Positions 1 through 10,033 of a DNA stretch of 64,000 bases are shown piece by piece. Location: NCBI GenBank assembly GCA_965207735.1, contig OZ242296.1:3808001-3872000 (forward strand). Direction: 5' to 3'. Position 1 is the first letter of the stretch; each line of letters opens with the position of its first letter. A program made the translations under genes and the position numbers. The stretch comes from Candidatus Versatilivorator sp. (GTDB taxonomy: Bacteria > Acidobacteriota > Terriglobia > Versatilivoradales > Versatilivoraceae). Under the pieces are notes generated by a model. That model did no database searches. It was not told the origin of the DNA and worked only from the letters and a program-made list of their open reading frames with translations.

Positions 1-1
1 C

Positions 2-1609
2 ATCGAGAAGGCGGATCTGAAGCTGGAAGGCCAGACCTACCGGTTGAGGCGTGAAGGGGAATGGCTGTGGGCGGAAATGCCCCATCCCTCCATGGGACGC
101 ATCAAGAGGCGTATCGTCCTGACCACGGGCTCGCACCATTTCCAGATGTACTGGTATTCCAGCGGCACCACGCGCAAGCTGGAGCTGTTTCCCTTTGTCT
201 ATGCCATCCAGGAAGGACGCTGGATTCCGGAAAAGTCCACTTTTCTCATGCCGCCTTCACCCCGGATTTCCACTCAACCGGGGCGCTGGAACCAGGCTTG
301 CCTGCAGTGCCACACGACTCTGGGACGACCCCGGGTAGCGACTCAGAACAACATGGATACGCAGGTGGCGGAGTTCGGCATCGCCTGCGAAGCCTGCCAC
401 GGTCCGGGGGAGCGGCATGTCCAGGTCATGAACCGGCCGGGCAGCCTGGAAGCCTATCGTAGCGGCAAGCTGAATCCGCATATCGTCAATCCCGCCAAGC
501 TGCCCCACGACCGTTCCTCCCAGGTCTGCGGACAGTGCCACAGCGTCTTTACCTTTGGTGACCGGCAGGAACTGGTCCAGTGGTTGAACCACGGCTTTTC
601 CTATAGGCCGGGGCAGGATCTGAACGACAGCCGCTTTCTGATTCGATACGACCAAAACCGGGACGCTCCCCAGATGGAAGCTTTTCTGAAGGCGCAGCCA
701 CGGTTCCTGGAGTCGGTCTTCTGGTCGGATGGAATGGTTCGGACGGCGGGAAGGGAGTACAGCGGGCTTCTGGAGTCCGGGTGTTACCAGATGGGTCAGA
801 TGTCCTGCCTGTCCTGCCACCGCCTGCACAAGGCTCCGGAGGATCCCCGCTCCCTGAAGTCCTGGGCCAACGATCAGTTGCAGCCTGGCATGGACACCAA
901 TCGGGCCTGTCTGCAGTGCCACCCCGCCTTCGAGTCCCGGCTGGAGGAACACACCCATCACCGGCCGGGTTCTCCGGGAAGCCAATGTTACAACTGCCAC
1001 ATGCCTCACACTTCCTACGCCCTGCTGAAGGCTATTCGAAGCCATCAGATCAACAGCCCCACGGTGGCCGCCAGCCTGGAAACGGGCCGGCCCAACGCCT
1101 GCAACCAGTGCCACCTGGACAAGACCCTGAGCTGGGCGGCTGAGAACCTGCAAAAGTGGTATGGAGTGCCCAAGCCCAAGCTGTCCAAGGAAGAAGAGTC
1201 CGTCGCGGCCTCGGTGCTCTGGACCTTGAAGGGGGATGCCGGCCAGCGGGCCCTCATGGCCTGGAGTCTGGGGTGGGAACCCGCCAGGGCCGCCTCCGGT
1301 TCGGGGTGGATGGCGCCCTATCTGGCCCAGTTGCTGGAGGACCCCTACGATGCCGTGAGGTTTATCGCCTACCGCTCGCTACGCCGACTGCCCGGCTTCG
1401 ATGACTTCCAATACGACTACGTGGACTCTCCCCAGCGGCGAGCCGAAGCCCGTCTCAAGGCCCTGGAGATCTGGCGTCGAGCCGGCCGGCAACACCGGCC
1501 CGAAAGCGGGTCCGCTGTCCTGTTCGATGGCCGCGGCAAGCTCCGCCGGAAGGCATTCGATCGCCTGCTGAGCCAACGGAACGACTACCCCTTGGGCCTG
1601 GCCGAGTAA
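2..1609 (+). CDS. Multiheme c-type cytochrome (c554-like) with C-terminal HEAT-like region; 5' end lies outside the window
   Basis: Frame open from nt 2; seven CxxCH motifs (CLQCH, CEACH, CGQCH, CLSCH, CLQCH, CYNCH, CNQCH); LEDPYDAVR HEAT-like motif; homologous to 27327..29459. Confidence 0.85.
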   Translation: MEKADLKLEGQTYRLRREGEWLWAEMPHPSMGRIKRRIVLTTGSHHFQMYWYSSGTTRKLELFPFVYAIQEGRWIPEKSTFLMPPSPRISTQPGRWNQACLQCHTTLGRPRVATQNNMDTQVAEFGIACEACHGPGERHVQVMNRPGSLEAYRSGKLNPHIVNPAKLPHDRSSQVCGQCHSVFTFGDRQELVQWLNHGFSYRPGQDLNDSRFLIRYDQNRDAPQMEAFLKAQPRFLESVFWSDGMVRTAGREYSGLLESGCYQMGQMSCLSCHRLHKAPEDPRSLKSWANDQLQPGMDTNRACLQCHPAFESRLEEHTHHRPGSPGSQCYNCHMPHTSYALLKAIRSHQINSPTVAASLETGRPNACNQCHLDKTLSWAAENLQKWYGVPKPKLSKEEESVAASVLWTLKGDAGQRALMAWSLGWEPARAASGSGWMAPYLAQLLEDPYDAVRFIAYRSLRRLPGFDDFQYDYVDSPQRRAEARLKALEIWRRAGRQHRPESGSAVLFDGRGKLRRKAFDRLLSQRNDYPLGLAE

Positions 1610-1682
1610 GAGCGACTGCCCTGCCCCCGAGCCATACAGTCCGCCGCGAGCCCCGGTCGAAGGGCCGGAATTGCGAGGCTTC

Positions 1683-2600
1683 ATGATCAAGCGGGTCCTG
1701 GCTCGATTGCATGTCGTGGCCCTGGTGGTGCTGTGGATCGCCCCCTCGGTCCTCGCCGAGTCGGACGACTATCGCAAGGCCCTGTCAAGCTATCGGGACA
1801 AGCGTTACCTGGAGGCGCTGGTCTGGATTCAGCAGGCAGTGGCCGTGGAGAATGACAAGGCGGCCTACTACCTGCTTCAAGGCGAGGTCTACAGCGCCTT
1901 GCGTCAGTTCAGCGATGCCGAGACCTCGTTGCGCCGAGCGGTTGAATTGCAGCCCGACCTGGCCAGGGCCCATTTCCAACTGGGCGTTCTTTTCCTGCGG
2001 GACGAGCAGCACCGCCAGGCCGCGACGGCACTGGAGCGGGTTGTGGCCGTCGAACCCGGCAATCTGAGAGCCCGTCTCTTGCTGGGCAACGTCTACTGCC
2101 TTCAGCTCAATCTCGACAGCCTGGCCCTGCAGCAATTTACGGCGGTGGCAAAGACCGACCCCCGCTACCCCGCGGTTCAATTCGGCCTGGGGAGACTCCT
2201 TTTCAGGCAGGGCAAGGACCGTGAGGCCGTCGAGCATTTTCGATCGGAGTTGAAGTCTCATCCGGAACATGCGGAGGCGCGTTTTCACTTGGCCAAGGCC
2301 CTGCTGAGAATGGGCCGCACCGAGGAGGTTCTCGGCCATTTGCAGGCGCTGCAGGGCAAAAAGGTGGACCAGGCGGAATTTCACTTCTTCCTGGCCAAGA
2401 CCTACCACCGCTTGAAGCAACCCGCCAAGGCCATTGAAGTGCTTCGGCAAGGGATCGACCTCAAACCCGACTTCCCGGACGCACTCTACCTGCTGGCCCG
2501 ACTCTACCTGGAAACGGGGCGCCCCGAGCAGGCTCGGGATCAGATGGATCGATTCGAGAAGATACGCGACCGGGAGGGACGGGGCCGGCTGAGGCCGTGA
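1683..2600 (+). CDS. Secreted tetratricopeptide repeat protein
   Basis: Signal peptide (ALVVLWIAPSVLA) followed by multiple TPR units; ATG at 1683. Confidence 0.85.
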   Translation: MIKRVLARLHVVALVVLWIAPSVLAESDDYRKALSSYRDKRYLEALVWIQQAVAVENDKAAYYLLQGEVYSALRQFSDAETSLRRAVELQPDLARAHFQLGVLFLRDEQHRQAATALERVVAVEPGNLRARLLLGNVYCLQLNLDSLALQQFTAVAKTDPRYPAVQFGLGRLLFRQGKDREAVEHFRSELKSHPEHAEARFHLAKALLRMGRTEEVLGHLQALQGKKVDQAEFHFFLAKTYHRLKQPAKAIEVLRQGIDLKPDFPDALYLLARLYLETGRPEQARDQMDRFEKIRDREGRGRLRP

Positions 2601-2636
2601 GGCTGCGGAACGAGTTATCCATAAAGGAGAACGACG

Positions 2637-2670
2637 AACCACCAATGAACACGAATGAACACCAATAAAC
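2637..2670. repeat. Short tandem repeat (aacacSaatg)n
   Basis: accaccaatgaacacgaatgaacaccaataaac; same style as the cacaggatg, cacaaaa and cacgaag repeats at 13.5, 29.5 and 34.3 kb. Confidence 0.5.
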
Positions 2671-2673
2671 GGG

Positions 2674-4512
2674 TTGGTCAGGAGAGGCGTTTACAAAAAG
2701 CTCGGCTATAAGACATTGAAGACAAGATGGATCCCATACTGTGCCTGGCGGACCGGCGAAATTGGCGGGCGGCGATCGGCCGTTTCCACCTACTCAGAGC
2801 CGGCCTTCGTTTTTTTCCTCTCCGGAGACGCCATTTCAATCTGGATTTGTTTGTTCTTGATGCTTGCGGCCGGCGGGTTCCTTCGGGCGGAATCAGTGCC
2901 CCGGTTCACCAATGTCACCGGTTCCAGCGGCATCGATTTTCTCCATATCAACGGCCCCGAGAAGACCAAGCCCTACCTGTTCGAGGCCAAGGGCGGCGGG
3001 GCCGGCTTCCTCGATTATGACAACGATGGCTGGCTGGATCTGATCATGGTTCAAGGGTCCACCCTGGAACGATTGCGCAGGGGCGACAACCCGCACGGCG
3101 CGCTCTATCGGAACCAGGGAGACGGGACCTTCCAGGAGGTGACCCGGAAGGCGGGTCTGACCCGGTCCGCCTGGGGGATGGGAGTCACCCTGGGAGACTA
3201 CGACAACGATGGCTTTGTGGACGTCTATTTGAACAACTTGCAGGCCAACATCCTCTACAGGAACCGGGGAGACGGCACCTTCCAGGACGTCACCGATCGG
3301 GCCGGTGTGGGAGACGCCGGGTTGAGCTCCTCTTCGGCCTTCGGCGACTACGACCTGGACGGGGACCTGGACCTCTACGTCTGCAACTATGTTCGCTACA
3401 ATTTCGACAGTCTGCCCCCACCCGGCTCCAAGCCCATCTGCAGCTACCGGGGAGCGCCGGCCTTTTGCGGCCCTCTGGGACTGGACGGGGCGGCCAATCG
3501 GTTCTACCGCAACAACGGAGACGGGACCTTCTCGGAGGTCACAGAGGCTGCGGGGTTGAACGTGAAAAACCGCTATTACTCCCTGGGAGTGGTTTGGGCC
3601 GATCTGGACAACGACGGGGATCCGGACCTCTACGTGGCCAACGACAGCACACCCAATCAGCTCTTTGTCAACCAGGGGGACGGAACCTTCAAGGAATTGG
3701 GTTTCCTGAGCGGCCTGGCAACCGACGCCGACGGGCGTTTCCAGGCAGGCATGGGAGTGGATGCGGCCGATTATGACAACGACGGGCGTGTGGACCTGTT
3801 CGTGACCAACTTCGCCGACGATTACAGCACGCTCTACCGCAATCGAGGGCAGCTCGTGTTCGAGGACGTGAGCCAGCAGGCCCGGCTGAGCCAGCCGGAA
3901 TGGATGCTGGTCGGCTGGGGGGCCGGATTCTACGATTTGAACCATGACGGCTGGAAGGACATCTTCCACTCCAACGGCCACGTCTATGCGCTGGTGCTGA
4001 CGGCCGGCTGGTCCGACCGCTATCACCAGCCTTCTTCCTTCTACCTGAATCGAAAAGACGGAACCTTCAGGGATGTGAGAAAGTTGGCTGGACCGGATCT
4101 GCAGAAAGAGTTGCTGGGCCGGGGCATGGCCTTCGGAGACCTGGACAACGACGGAGACATCGACTTCGTCATCGGCAATCTCAACGGGACTCCCCAGCTC
4201 TTCAGGCATGAAGGCGCCGGTCCCAACCATTGGGTGATGTTCCGCGCCAGGGGGACGCGGAGCAACCGTGACGGCATCGGCGCCCGCGTCACGGTGGTCG
4301 CCGGCGAGCTCCGCCAGGTCCGGGAGATCAAGCGAACCGTCGGCATCTTCTCGGCCAGCGATCCCAGGGCTCATTTCGGTCTGGGGGGCGCCGAGCGAAT
4401 CGAAAAGGTACAGGTGAAGTGGCCCAGCGGGGTGGTGCAGGAATATCGTGACCTGCCCGCCGACACCCACTACAGGATTGACGAGGAGAGCGGTCTGGAG
4501 AAGGAGTTCTGA
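2674..4512 (+). CDS. CRTAC1-family protein (FG-GAP/VCBS repeats plus C-terminal ASPIC/UnbV domain); true start uncertain, possibly ATG 2860
   Basis: Repeated DYDNDGxxDL and LYRNxGDGTF motifs; C-terminal SNRDGIGARV...HFGLG...WPSG signature. Confidence 0.9.
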   Translation: MVRRGVYKKLGYKTLKTRWIPYCAWRTGEIGGRRSAVSTYSEPAFVFFLSGDAISIWICLFLMLAAGGFLRAESVPRFTNVTGSSGIDFLHINGPEKTKPYLFEAKGGGAGFLDYDNDGWLDLIMVQGSTLERLRRGDNPHGALYRNQGDGTFQEVTRKAGLTRSAWGMGVTLGDYDNDGFVDVYLNNLQANILYRNRGDGTFQDVTDRAGVGDAGLSSSSAFGDYDLDGDLDLYVCNYVRYNFDSLPPPGSKPICSYRGAPAFCGPLGLDGAANRFYRNNGDGTFSEVTEAAGLNVKNRYYSLGVVWADLDNDGDPDLYVANDSTPNQLFVNQGDGTFKELGFLSGLATDADGRFQAGMGVDAADYDNDGRVDLFVTNFADDYSTLYRNRGQLVFEDVSQQARLSQPEWMLVGWGAGFYDLNHDGWKDIFHSNGHVYALVLTAGWSDRYHQPSSFYLNRKDGTFRDVRKLAGPDLQKELLGRGMAFGDLDNDGDIDFVIGNLNGTPQLFRHEGAGPNHWVMFRARGTRSNRDGIGARVTVVAGELRQVREIKRTVGIFSASDPRAHFGLGGAERIEKVQVKWPSGVVQEYRDLPADTHYRIDEESGLEKEF

Positions 4513-4520
4513 AGAACGGG

Positions 4521-5279
4521 CTACAGAGCTCCCGCCTTGCGGTAGATGCTCTTCCGGTAAGTTTCGTGGCGGCGCAGCGCTTCCTGGTTGACCTCGGTGC
4601 TGCGCCCGCGATAGTCGAGGACAAACCCGCGGCGATGGGAGTCGGTGTTGTTGGGGCCGCTGCGGTGGACGGTAAGGAAGTGATGGATGGAGGCGTCTCC
4701 CGGTTGGAGCAGGGCCGGGACTTCCGGGTAGAGCGCGGGGTCTGGAGGTTCGGAGAGGGCCTTGGTGAACAGGGGCAGGCCGGTCTGGACGTGGGGGATG
4801 TGTCCCAGCCGGTGGCTGCCTCGGACGAAATGGACGGCGCCGTTTTCGAGGGTGGTCTCATCCAGGGCGATCCAGATCACCAGGCCGTAGGGGGGGAGGT
4901 AATTGAAGTAGGCGTTTTCCTGGTGGTAGAGGGCCGGCGAGCCGACTCGGGCGGGTTTGTAAAAGACCTCAGTGGTAATGGGTTCGACCGGCTCTCCCAG
5001 GCAGGCGCCGAGCAGATCCAGGGTGGCAGGCCGCTGCAGCGCTTGCCGAAAGTATTCATCGTAGAGTTCCATTCTGGAGAACTGCTTCAGCGGCCCGCTC
5101 CAGCCCGATTCATAGACCACGTGAATCCGGGGGACGGAGGGCAGGACCTCGGCGATGTAGCGGTCGATCTCCTGTTCCGTCCGCTTCAATTCCTTGGCGT
5201 TCAGGAATCCCTTCACCACCACGAACCCGTCTTCCTGAAACCGTGCGGCCAGTTGATTGGTGTTCAGTGTCGCAGGCAT
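4521..5279 (-). CDS. Phytanoyl-CoA dioxygenase (PhyH) family Fe(II)/2OG oxygenase
   Basis: FQEDGFVVV start, YHQE, WIALDETTLENGAVHFVRGSH, PGDASIHH...HRSGPN...RR; ATG at 5279. Confidence 0.85.
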   Translation of the reverse strand: MPATLNTNQLAARFQEDGFVVVKGFLNAKELKRTEQEIDRYIAEVLPSVPRIHVVYESGWSGPLKQFSRMELYDEYFRQALQRPATLDLLGACLGEPVEPITTEVFYKPARVGSPALYHQENAYFNYLPPYGLVIWIALDETTLENGAVHFVRGSHRLGHIPHVQTGLPLFTKALSEPPDPALYPEVPALLQPGDASIHHFLTVHRSGPNNTDSHRRGFVLDYRGRSTEVNQEALRRHETYRKSIYRKAGAL

Positions 5280-5454
5280 TTCGTGCTCTCCGGTTGGAAG
5301 GTCCCAGCCGGTGGGGACCCGGCGCAGCTTGCGCAAGCATCGTCAGCAGATGACTTCGCCCCGGTCATGCTGCTTGTCCATTCGAGTCTGTGCCAGGAAT
5401 TGTCGGAACTGTAGCATCCCAGGGGCGCTTCTGCCTGCCGTTCTTCCCGGCCGT

Positions 5455-7191
5455 TCACTCCGATCGGTAGTTGACCTCCAGCCGCACGCCACGGAACTGC
5501 GCCCGGGCAGCCATCCCGGGCAGCCGCTCCGGCCGAACGGCCCCCGGCCTGGGGCGTGCGCCCTTGAGCGCCAATACCACGGTGTTCATTCCCTGACGCA
5601 GAGGGGGAGCATCCACGGGAAAGCTCATCCGATACTCGCCCTTGCCGGCGTCGATGACCGTGGATTGCCCATTGGCCAGGTCCTTGCCGTTCACCCGGCA
5701 GACCACCGCCTCCGGCCGAGCCGCGCCTCTCACATCCAGCACCAGCCGCATGGTGTCCAGCGTTCCCTTTTCCTTGGCCGACGCCAGGTCGTCCCCGACC
5801 ACCAGCGGAACCCTCCCCACCACTCCATACTTGATGACTCCGTCCCTGCTGACGGGCAGCGGTGGCGGGCTGGAGACATGAGCGTAGTAGTCGAACACTC
5901 CACCGGCATGGTTGTCCACGCAAAACAGCTTGTCCTTGGCTTCCAGAGTGCGGGGCTCGCCGATGTCGCTCAGGCAGGCATAGGACCGACGGCGGGTCTC
6001 GATCAGGTCAGGTCCGGTCTTGTACTCGAAGGGCGTTCCCAGATTCCACAGGTAGATGCCGTCGGCGCCGGTCCGGAACCAGTTGCTGGCCATGCCCCGC
6101 ACCCCCTCCAGAAAACTTCCCCGGGACACGCTGTTTGCGGCGCCCTGGTTGATGCAGGGATAAACCGCTACACCGTGGGGGTGGGCGGCGGTCGTGAACT
6201 CGGCCAAGGGCAGGCTGAAAGGCGCATAGCCGCCTCCGGCAATCAGAATGTCCACCAGGTCCTCTTCCAGCCAACCCTTCAGGTCCAGCCCGATGTTCAG
6301 GGCCCGTTGGAAGCTGTCCGGCACTCGAGCGGCCAGCAGCAGCGGACGTCCCCGCCGCTCGGCCTGGCTGTCGGTGAGCTTGCGGACGCGGCGCATGAAG
6401 GCCGTCATAACCTCGACCTGGTCGCTGCTCACCGGCTTTCCCTGCATGGTCGGGCTGAAAAACACCGGGTGGCGAATGTAGTCCAGCTCGAAGCCGTCAA
6501 CGTCGTAACGGCCGGCGACCTCCTCGATGATCTCGAACTTGCGCTGCCTGACCTCCGGGTGGGAGAAGTCCTGGGAGGTGACATAGAGCTCGAGAGAGTC
6601 AAGCATCCCCGAGGGATTCACCAGAAACTCCGGATGTTCCTTCTTCCAGGTGGTCAGGCCGCCTTCGATGAAGCTGTCGTGAACGTCGTTCATGCGAACC
6701 GATGCCAGGATCTCCATGCCGTGAGCGCGGGCAAAATCGATGACGATCTGCAGCGGGCCGCGGCCTGACTGGATCAACCGCTTCACGTTGGCGGTGACCT
6801 TGGACCAATAGGCGGGCGGACCTCCGTGGGCATCGCCGTAGATGGGCTGGATCTTGCTGTCATACACCGGGGCGTCGGCCCAACCCCCCAGGATGGACCA
6901 GGAAATGGTATCGACCTGGGTTCCGGCCAGGGGTTGCAGCCGGCGCTTCAGGAACCCCTCGGGGGTGCCGGCGTCGTCGCGGGACAGCTCATAGCTGTCG
7001 TCGTTGAAGATGATGCGGCGCTGTCTGGCAGCCGCTTCCACCCGGTCCTTCTTGGCCTCCGACCAGTTTGCCCGTGGGTCCGGAACCGGTCCGGAGCAGG
7101 ACAGGAATCCGATCAGGGCCAGACAAATGCCGGCTCCCAGGCTTAGACTGGTTGTCAGTCTCCGTCTGCCCTTTGGGCTTAGGTCAGTCAT
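5455..7191 (-). CDS. Putative lipoprotein, family-10-like glycosyl hydrolase (GHL10/DUF187-like TIM barrel)
   Basis: Lipobox-like LIGFLSC; RRIIFNDD, SVRMNDVH, DFSHPEVR, YDVDGFELDYIRHP, GADGIYLWN. Confidence 0.7.
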   Translation of the reverse strand: MTDLSPKGRRRLTTSLSLGAGICLALIGFLSCSGPVPDPRANWSEAKKDRVEAAARQRRIIFNDDSYELSRDDAGTPEGFLKRRLQPLAGTQVDTISWSILGGWADAPVYDSKIQPIYGDAHGGPPAYWSKVTANVKRLIQSGRGPLQIVIDFARAHGMEILASVRMNDVHDSFIEGGLTTWKKEHPEFLVNPSGMLDSLELYVTSQDFSHPEVRQRKFEIIEEVAGRYDVDGFELDYIRHPVFFSPTMQGKPVSSDQVEVMTAFMRRVRKLTDSQAERRGRPLLLAARVPDSFQRALNIGLDLKGWLEEDLVDILIAGGGYAPFSLPLAEFTTAAHPHGVAVYPCINQGAANSVSRGSFLEGVRGMASNWFRTGADGIYLWNLGTPFEYKTGPDLIETRRRSYACLSDIGEPRTLEAKDKLFCVDNHAGGVFDYYAHVSSPPPLPVSRDGVIKYGVVGRVPLVVGDDLASAKEKGTLDTMRLVLDVRGAARPEAVVCRVNGKDLANGQSTVIDAGKGEYRMSFPVDAPPLRQGMNTVVLALKGARPRPGAVRPERLPGMAARAQFRGVRLEVNYRSE

Positions 7192-7280
7192 TCTTGAACC
7201 TCCTCCGCCCGATCGATTGGGGCGAAAAGAAACAGAAACGTCATTGCGTCGGCTTGTGCGTCACTTGGGCTCACCGGCAT

Positions 7281-7372
7281 TTGCTGCCGCCGCCTACGCG
7301 GCTCGACACCCATACGCGACGTTTCCCATAAGCTGACGCCCACGGCTAAGTGCTGTCGCGGCTTCGCCGCTC
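7281..7372 (-). repeat. REP-like palindromic doublet (GAGCCGCGWAGGCGGCG family)
   Basis: Reverse complement of the units at 26659-26752 and 35999-36086. Confidence 0.7.
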
Positions 7373-7410
7373 TCAAGGAAGCCGGCTAAAGCAGCATATT
7401 CTCAGGTAAG

Positions 7411-7592
7411 TCCCGCCCCTGCCCAGGTGTGCGGATCATACGAGAGTGAAACAATCAGAAATCGACCATCCCGTCGCGACCTTGGTATCCCGTCGCGGTT
7501 AATCTCAATGCCTTAGTGGCCCTTCGTCGTTCTTCGTGTCCCTTCGTGGATTCCTCTTTTTCTTTTGTCTTTTTTCGTTTGTTTCAGACAGG
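7411..7592 (+). mobile_element. Non-autonomous (MITE-like) element sharing both ends with the IS110 element
   Basis: Left end tcccgcccc...gcggatcat...gagtgaaacaa and right end ttgtttcagacagg resemble the IS110 ends at 15403 and 17076; second copy at 13730-15402. Confidence 0.65.
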
Positions 7593-7594
7593 GA

Positions 7595-8638
7595 TCATCG
7601 AGAAAAGCGCTCGATCCGCTCCTTGAGCTGCCGGTAGCTCTTCAGCGCCTGCCGGGCCTGTTCGGACTCTCCGGCATCCCTGTAGAGTCTGGCCAGAAGG
7701 CGGTGAGCCACCGGGTTGTCGGGCAGAAGCCGGATGGACTGCCGGGCAGCCTCAATAGCCTTGTCCAGTTGTCCGAGTCTCCGATAGACCTTGGCCAGAC
7801 CGAAATGGAGATCGGGGAGCGAGACCGTGCGGCTCTCCTCGGAAACGGCAGTCAACTGGGCCAAAGCCAGCTTGGGCTTTCCGAGCTGAAGCAACAGGTC
7901 TCCCAGTTCCAGGCGGGCCTGGCCGTGGTCCGGGTGGTACTCCACCTCCCGTTGCAGGGCTTGGAGAGCCTCCCGAAACTTCCCGGCGTCCAGGTAAACG
8001 GCGGCCAGGTGGTAGTAAGCCCAGGCGTAGCGGGGCTTCCTGGCGACCACTGCCTCGAACTGCCGGAGAGCCTTGCTCCTCATGTTCTGCTGGTGGTAGG
8101 TCCGCCCCAGGTGCATCCTGGCCTTGAGGTGGCCGGGGTCCAGTTCCAGGGCTTTTTCCAGGAGCCGAATGCCCTCTTCCACCGGCTGGCTGGTGGTGTT
8201 TCTGGCGCCCATCCCCATGGGGTCGGTCGGATCCTCGGTCTCGCTTCGCTGCTGGAGTATGAGAGCCGCCACACCGTAGTGGAAGTCGGCTTTGGCGGGG
8301 TCGAGAGCCAGGGCTTTGCGCAGTTCGGGTTCGGCGTCGCTGTACTGATTGAGCTGCAGAAGCGTCATGCCGTACAGGTGTCGGTATTCGGCGTTCTCAC
8401 CGTCCTGCTGCACGGCTTTCTGAGCCGCCAGCATGGCCAGCAGATACTCCTTCTTCTCATAACGCTCTTTGGCCTCCAGGTATTCGGCCGATTGCGCCCG
8501 GAGCTGGCCCGCCCAAAGGAGGACAACGGCAATCGCCGGGATGGCCAATCGCCGAACCGCCCCAGTGCGAGGCAGACGGCTCGCCCGCACTGCCGGCGGG
8601 GTCCATGCTTTGTTCCTGGCTGTGAGTGGCCTATTCAT
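7595..8638 (-). CDS. Secreted TPR protein
   Basis: Signal peptide, QSAEYLEAKERYEKKEYLLAMLAAQKAV module, multiple TPRs. Confidence 0.85.
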   Translation of the reverse strand: MNRPLTARNKAWTPPAVRASRLPRTGAVRRLAIPAIAVVLLWAGQLRAQSAEYLEAKERYEKKEYLLAMLAAQKAVQQDGENAEYRHLYGMTLLQLNQYSDAEPELRKALALDPAKADFHYGVAALILQQRSETEDPTDPMGMGARNTTSQPVEEGIRLLEKALELDPGHLKARMHLGRTYHQQNMRSKALRQFEAVVARKPRYAWAYYHLAAVYLDAGKFREALQALQREVEYHPDHGQARLELGDLLLQLGKPKLALAQLTAVSEESRTVSLPDLHFGLAKVYRRLGQLDKAIEAARQSIRLLPDNPVAHRLLARLYRDAGESEQARQALKSYRQLKERIERFSR

Positions 8639-8676
8639 TTGGCATTAGTGATCCGCAATGCGCGGGCTCCGGACGT

Positions 8677-9834
8677 TCAGGGTTTCTTTTCAGCCACGAT
8701 GCGGATCCAGTGGTCGGCGAACTCGGAGTGGGTCATGAAGCCCCCTTCAAAGGGCATGTGACAGGAGCTGCATTCGCTGGTGGCCACCTTGCATCCGGAG
8801 GCCGTGGCATGGTTGCCCCCATGGCAGGACAGGCATTTGGAATCGTAGGATGCAGCCGTTTGCACCAGGCTCTCGTGCGGGTCGTGGCAAGTCGTGCACT
8901 TCAATTGATCCCGGCTCTCGCTGTAGCACCGGCTCAGCACCAGGCGCTGGGCCGGAAAACGGGACACCTCCTTGTCGACCGTGTACCTGGCAAGCGCCTG
9001 CAGGTCGTTGCCCCCCGGCGGCGCTCCGTGGCAGGCGCCGCAGAAATAAAGCTGCTCGACGGCCGCCATCCTGCCGGGGTTTTGGATTGTTGAGGCGGGA
9101 TCGGTCCCTCCTCGGTTCATCGCCTGGATATGTTCTTGCCCCGGTCCGTGACAGCGTTCGCAGTGGACGCCGGCGGAGCCAGGGTCCATTTTCTCAGGTG
9201 GCAGGTCGGCATGCCGGGTGGTGTGGCAGGCAAAGCAGTGCTCTCGTTGAGGCGGGCTCATCCAGTCCGCCAGAGCGTCATAGGGGTTGTCCACCCGGTC
9301 CTCCAACCCGGTGGTAATGTCCAACCCCCCGGTGGACTGGTACCAGCTCACCCGGCTCTGGCCGTAGGCGCCGGCATCGGTCATCCCGATGAAGGTGATC
9401 CCTTTCCTCCCGGCCCCCATTCCCCACAGCAGATGCATGCGGTCGGCTTCTCCGGCCCTGGCGGCCACCAGGTCGAGGGTGAACTCGGGGTCGGGGGACC
9501 GCTCGATCCGATAGGCCACCTGATTGCGCGGGTCGGAAAACTCCAGGGGCACCGATTCCAGCAACCGGGAAAGGGAGTGCACTCGCCTCAAGGTCAGCGG
9601 ATGGCCGCTCTCCAGCTGGACCTCGACAATCTCCCGGTGGCACTGCACGCATTGGCTGGACCCCACGTAGCCCGATTCGTCGGTGGCTTGTGCGCGGGAG
9701 GGACTCATCCAGAGGCAAGCTGCCAGAGCAACCGTCGCGAAGCACAGGGAGCCCGATTTTCCATTCAGAGCCCTCGCTCCGGGCTGTCTCCCGCGGGTAG
9801 ACTTGCCAATCAACATCCCTATCGAATTTCTCAT
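8677..9834 (-). CDS. Multiheme c-type cytochrome (7 CxxCH); start uncertain
   Basis: CVQCH, CFACH, CERCH, CGACH, CTTCH, CLSCH, CSSCH; C-terminal FADHWIR; signal peptide; paralog of 18083..19264. Confidence 0.9.
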   Translation of the reverse strand: MRNSIGMLIGKSTRGRQPGARALNGKSGSLCFATVALAACLWMSPSRAQATDESGYVGSSQCVQCHREIVEVQLESGHPLTLRRVHSLSRLLESVPLEFSDPRNQVAYRIERSPDPEFTLDLVAARAGEADRMHLLWGMGAGRKGITFIGMTDAGAYGQSRVSWYQSTGGLDITTGLEDRVDNPYDALADWMSPPQREHCFACHTTRHADLPPEKMDPGSAGVHCERCHGPGQEHIQAMNRGGTDPASTIQNPGRMAAVEQLYFCGACHGAPPGGNDLQALARYTVDKEVSRFPAQRLVLSRCYSESRDQLKCTTCHDPHESLVQTAASYDSKCLSCHGGNHATASGCKVATSECSSCHMPFEGGFMTHSEFADHWIRIVAEKKP

Positions 9835-10033
9835 GGGATCAAGGTCGATAATCCGACTCTTTTCCTCCCCGCAATCGTCCTTTAAGGTACACTTATTGTT
9901 GATTCACGATGGAGCCTACAACCTTCGCGCTGGCAAATCCGGTTCACTCCCGGCTTCCTCGAGGGGGCGGACTCCCCGCCGTTCCCGCCGGCGCAGCGTA
10001 GGGGAGCCAGCGCGGTAGAGATGGCGACGTACA

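Noticed and set aside
2893-4470. Long antisense ORFs (also 5257-6768, 20528-22264, 22363-24393, 30645-32972, 47901-50357)
   Set aside because: Shadow frames of well-supported genes in GC-rich DNA; no motifs of their own
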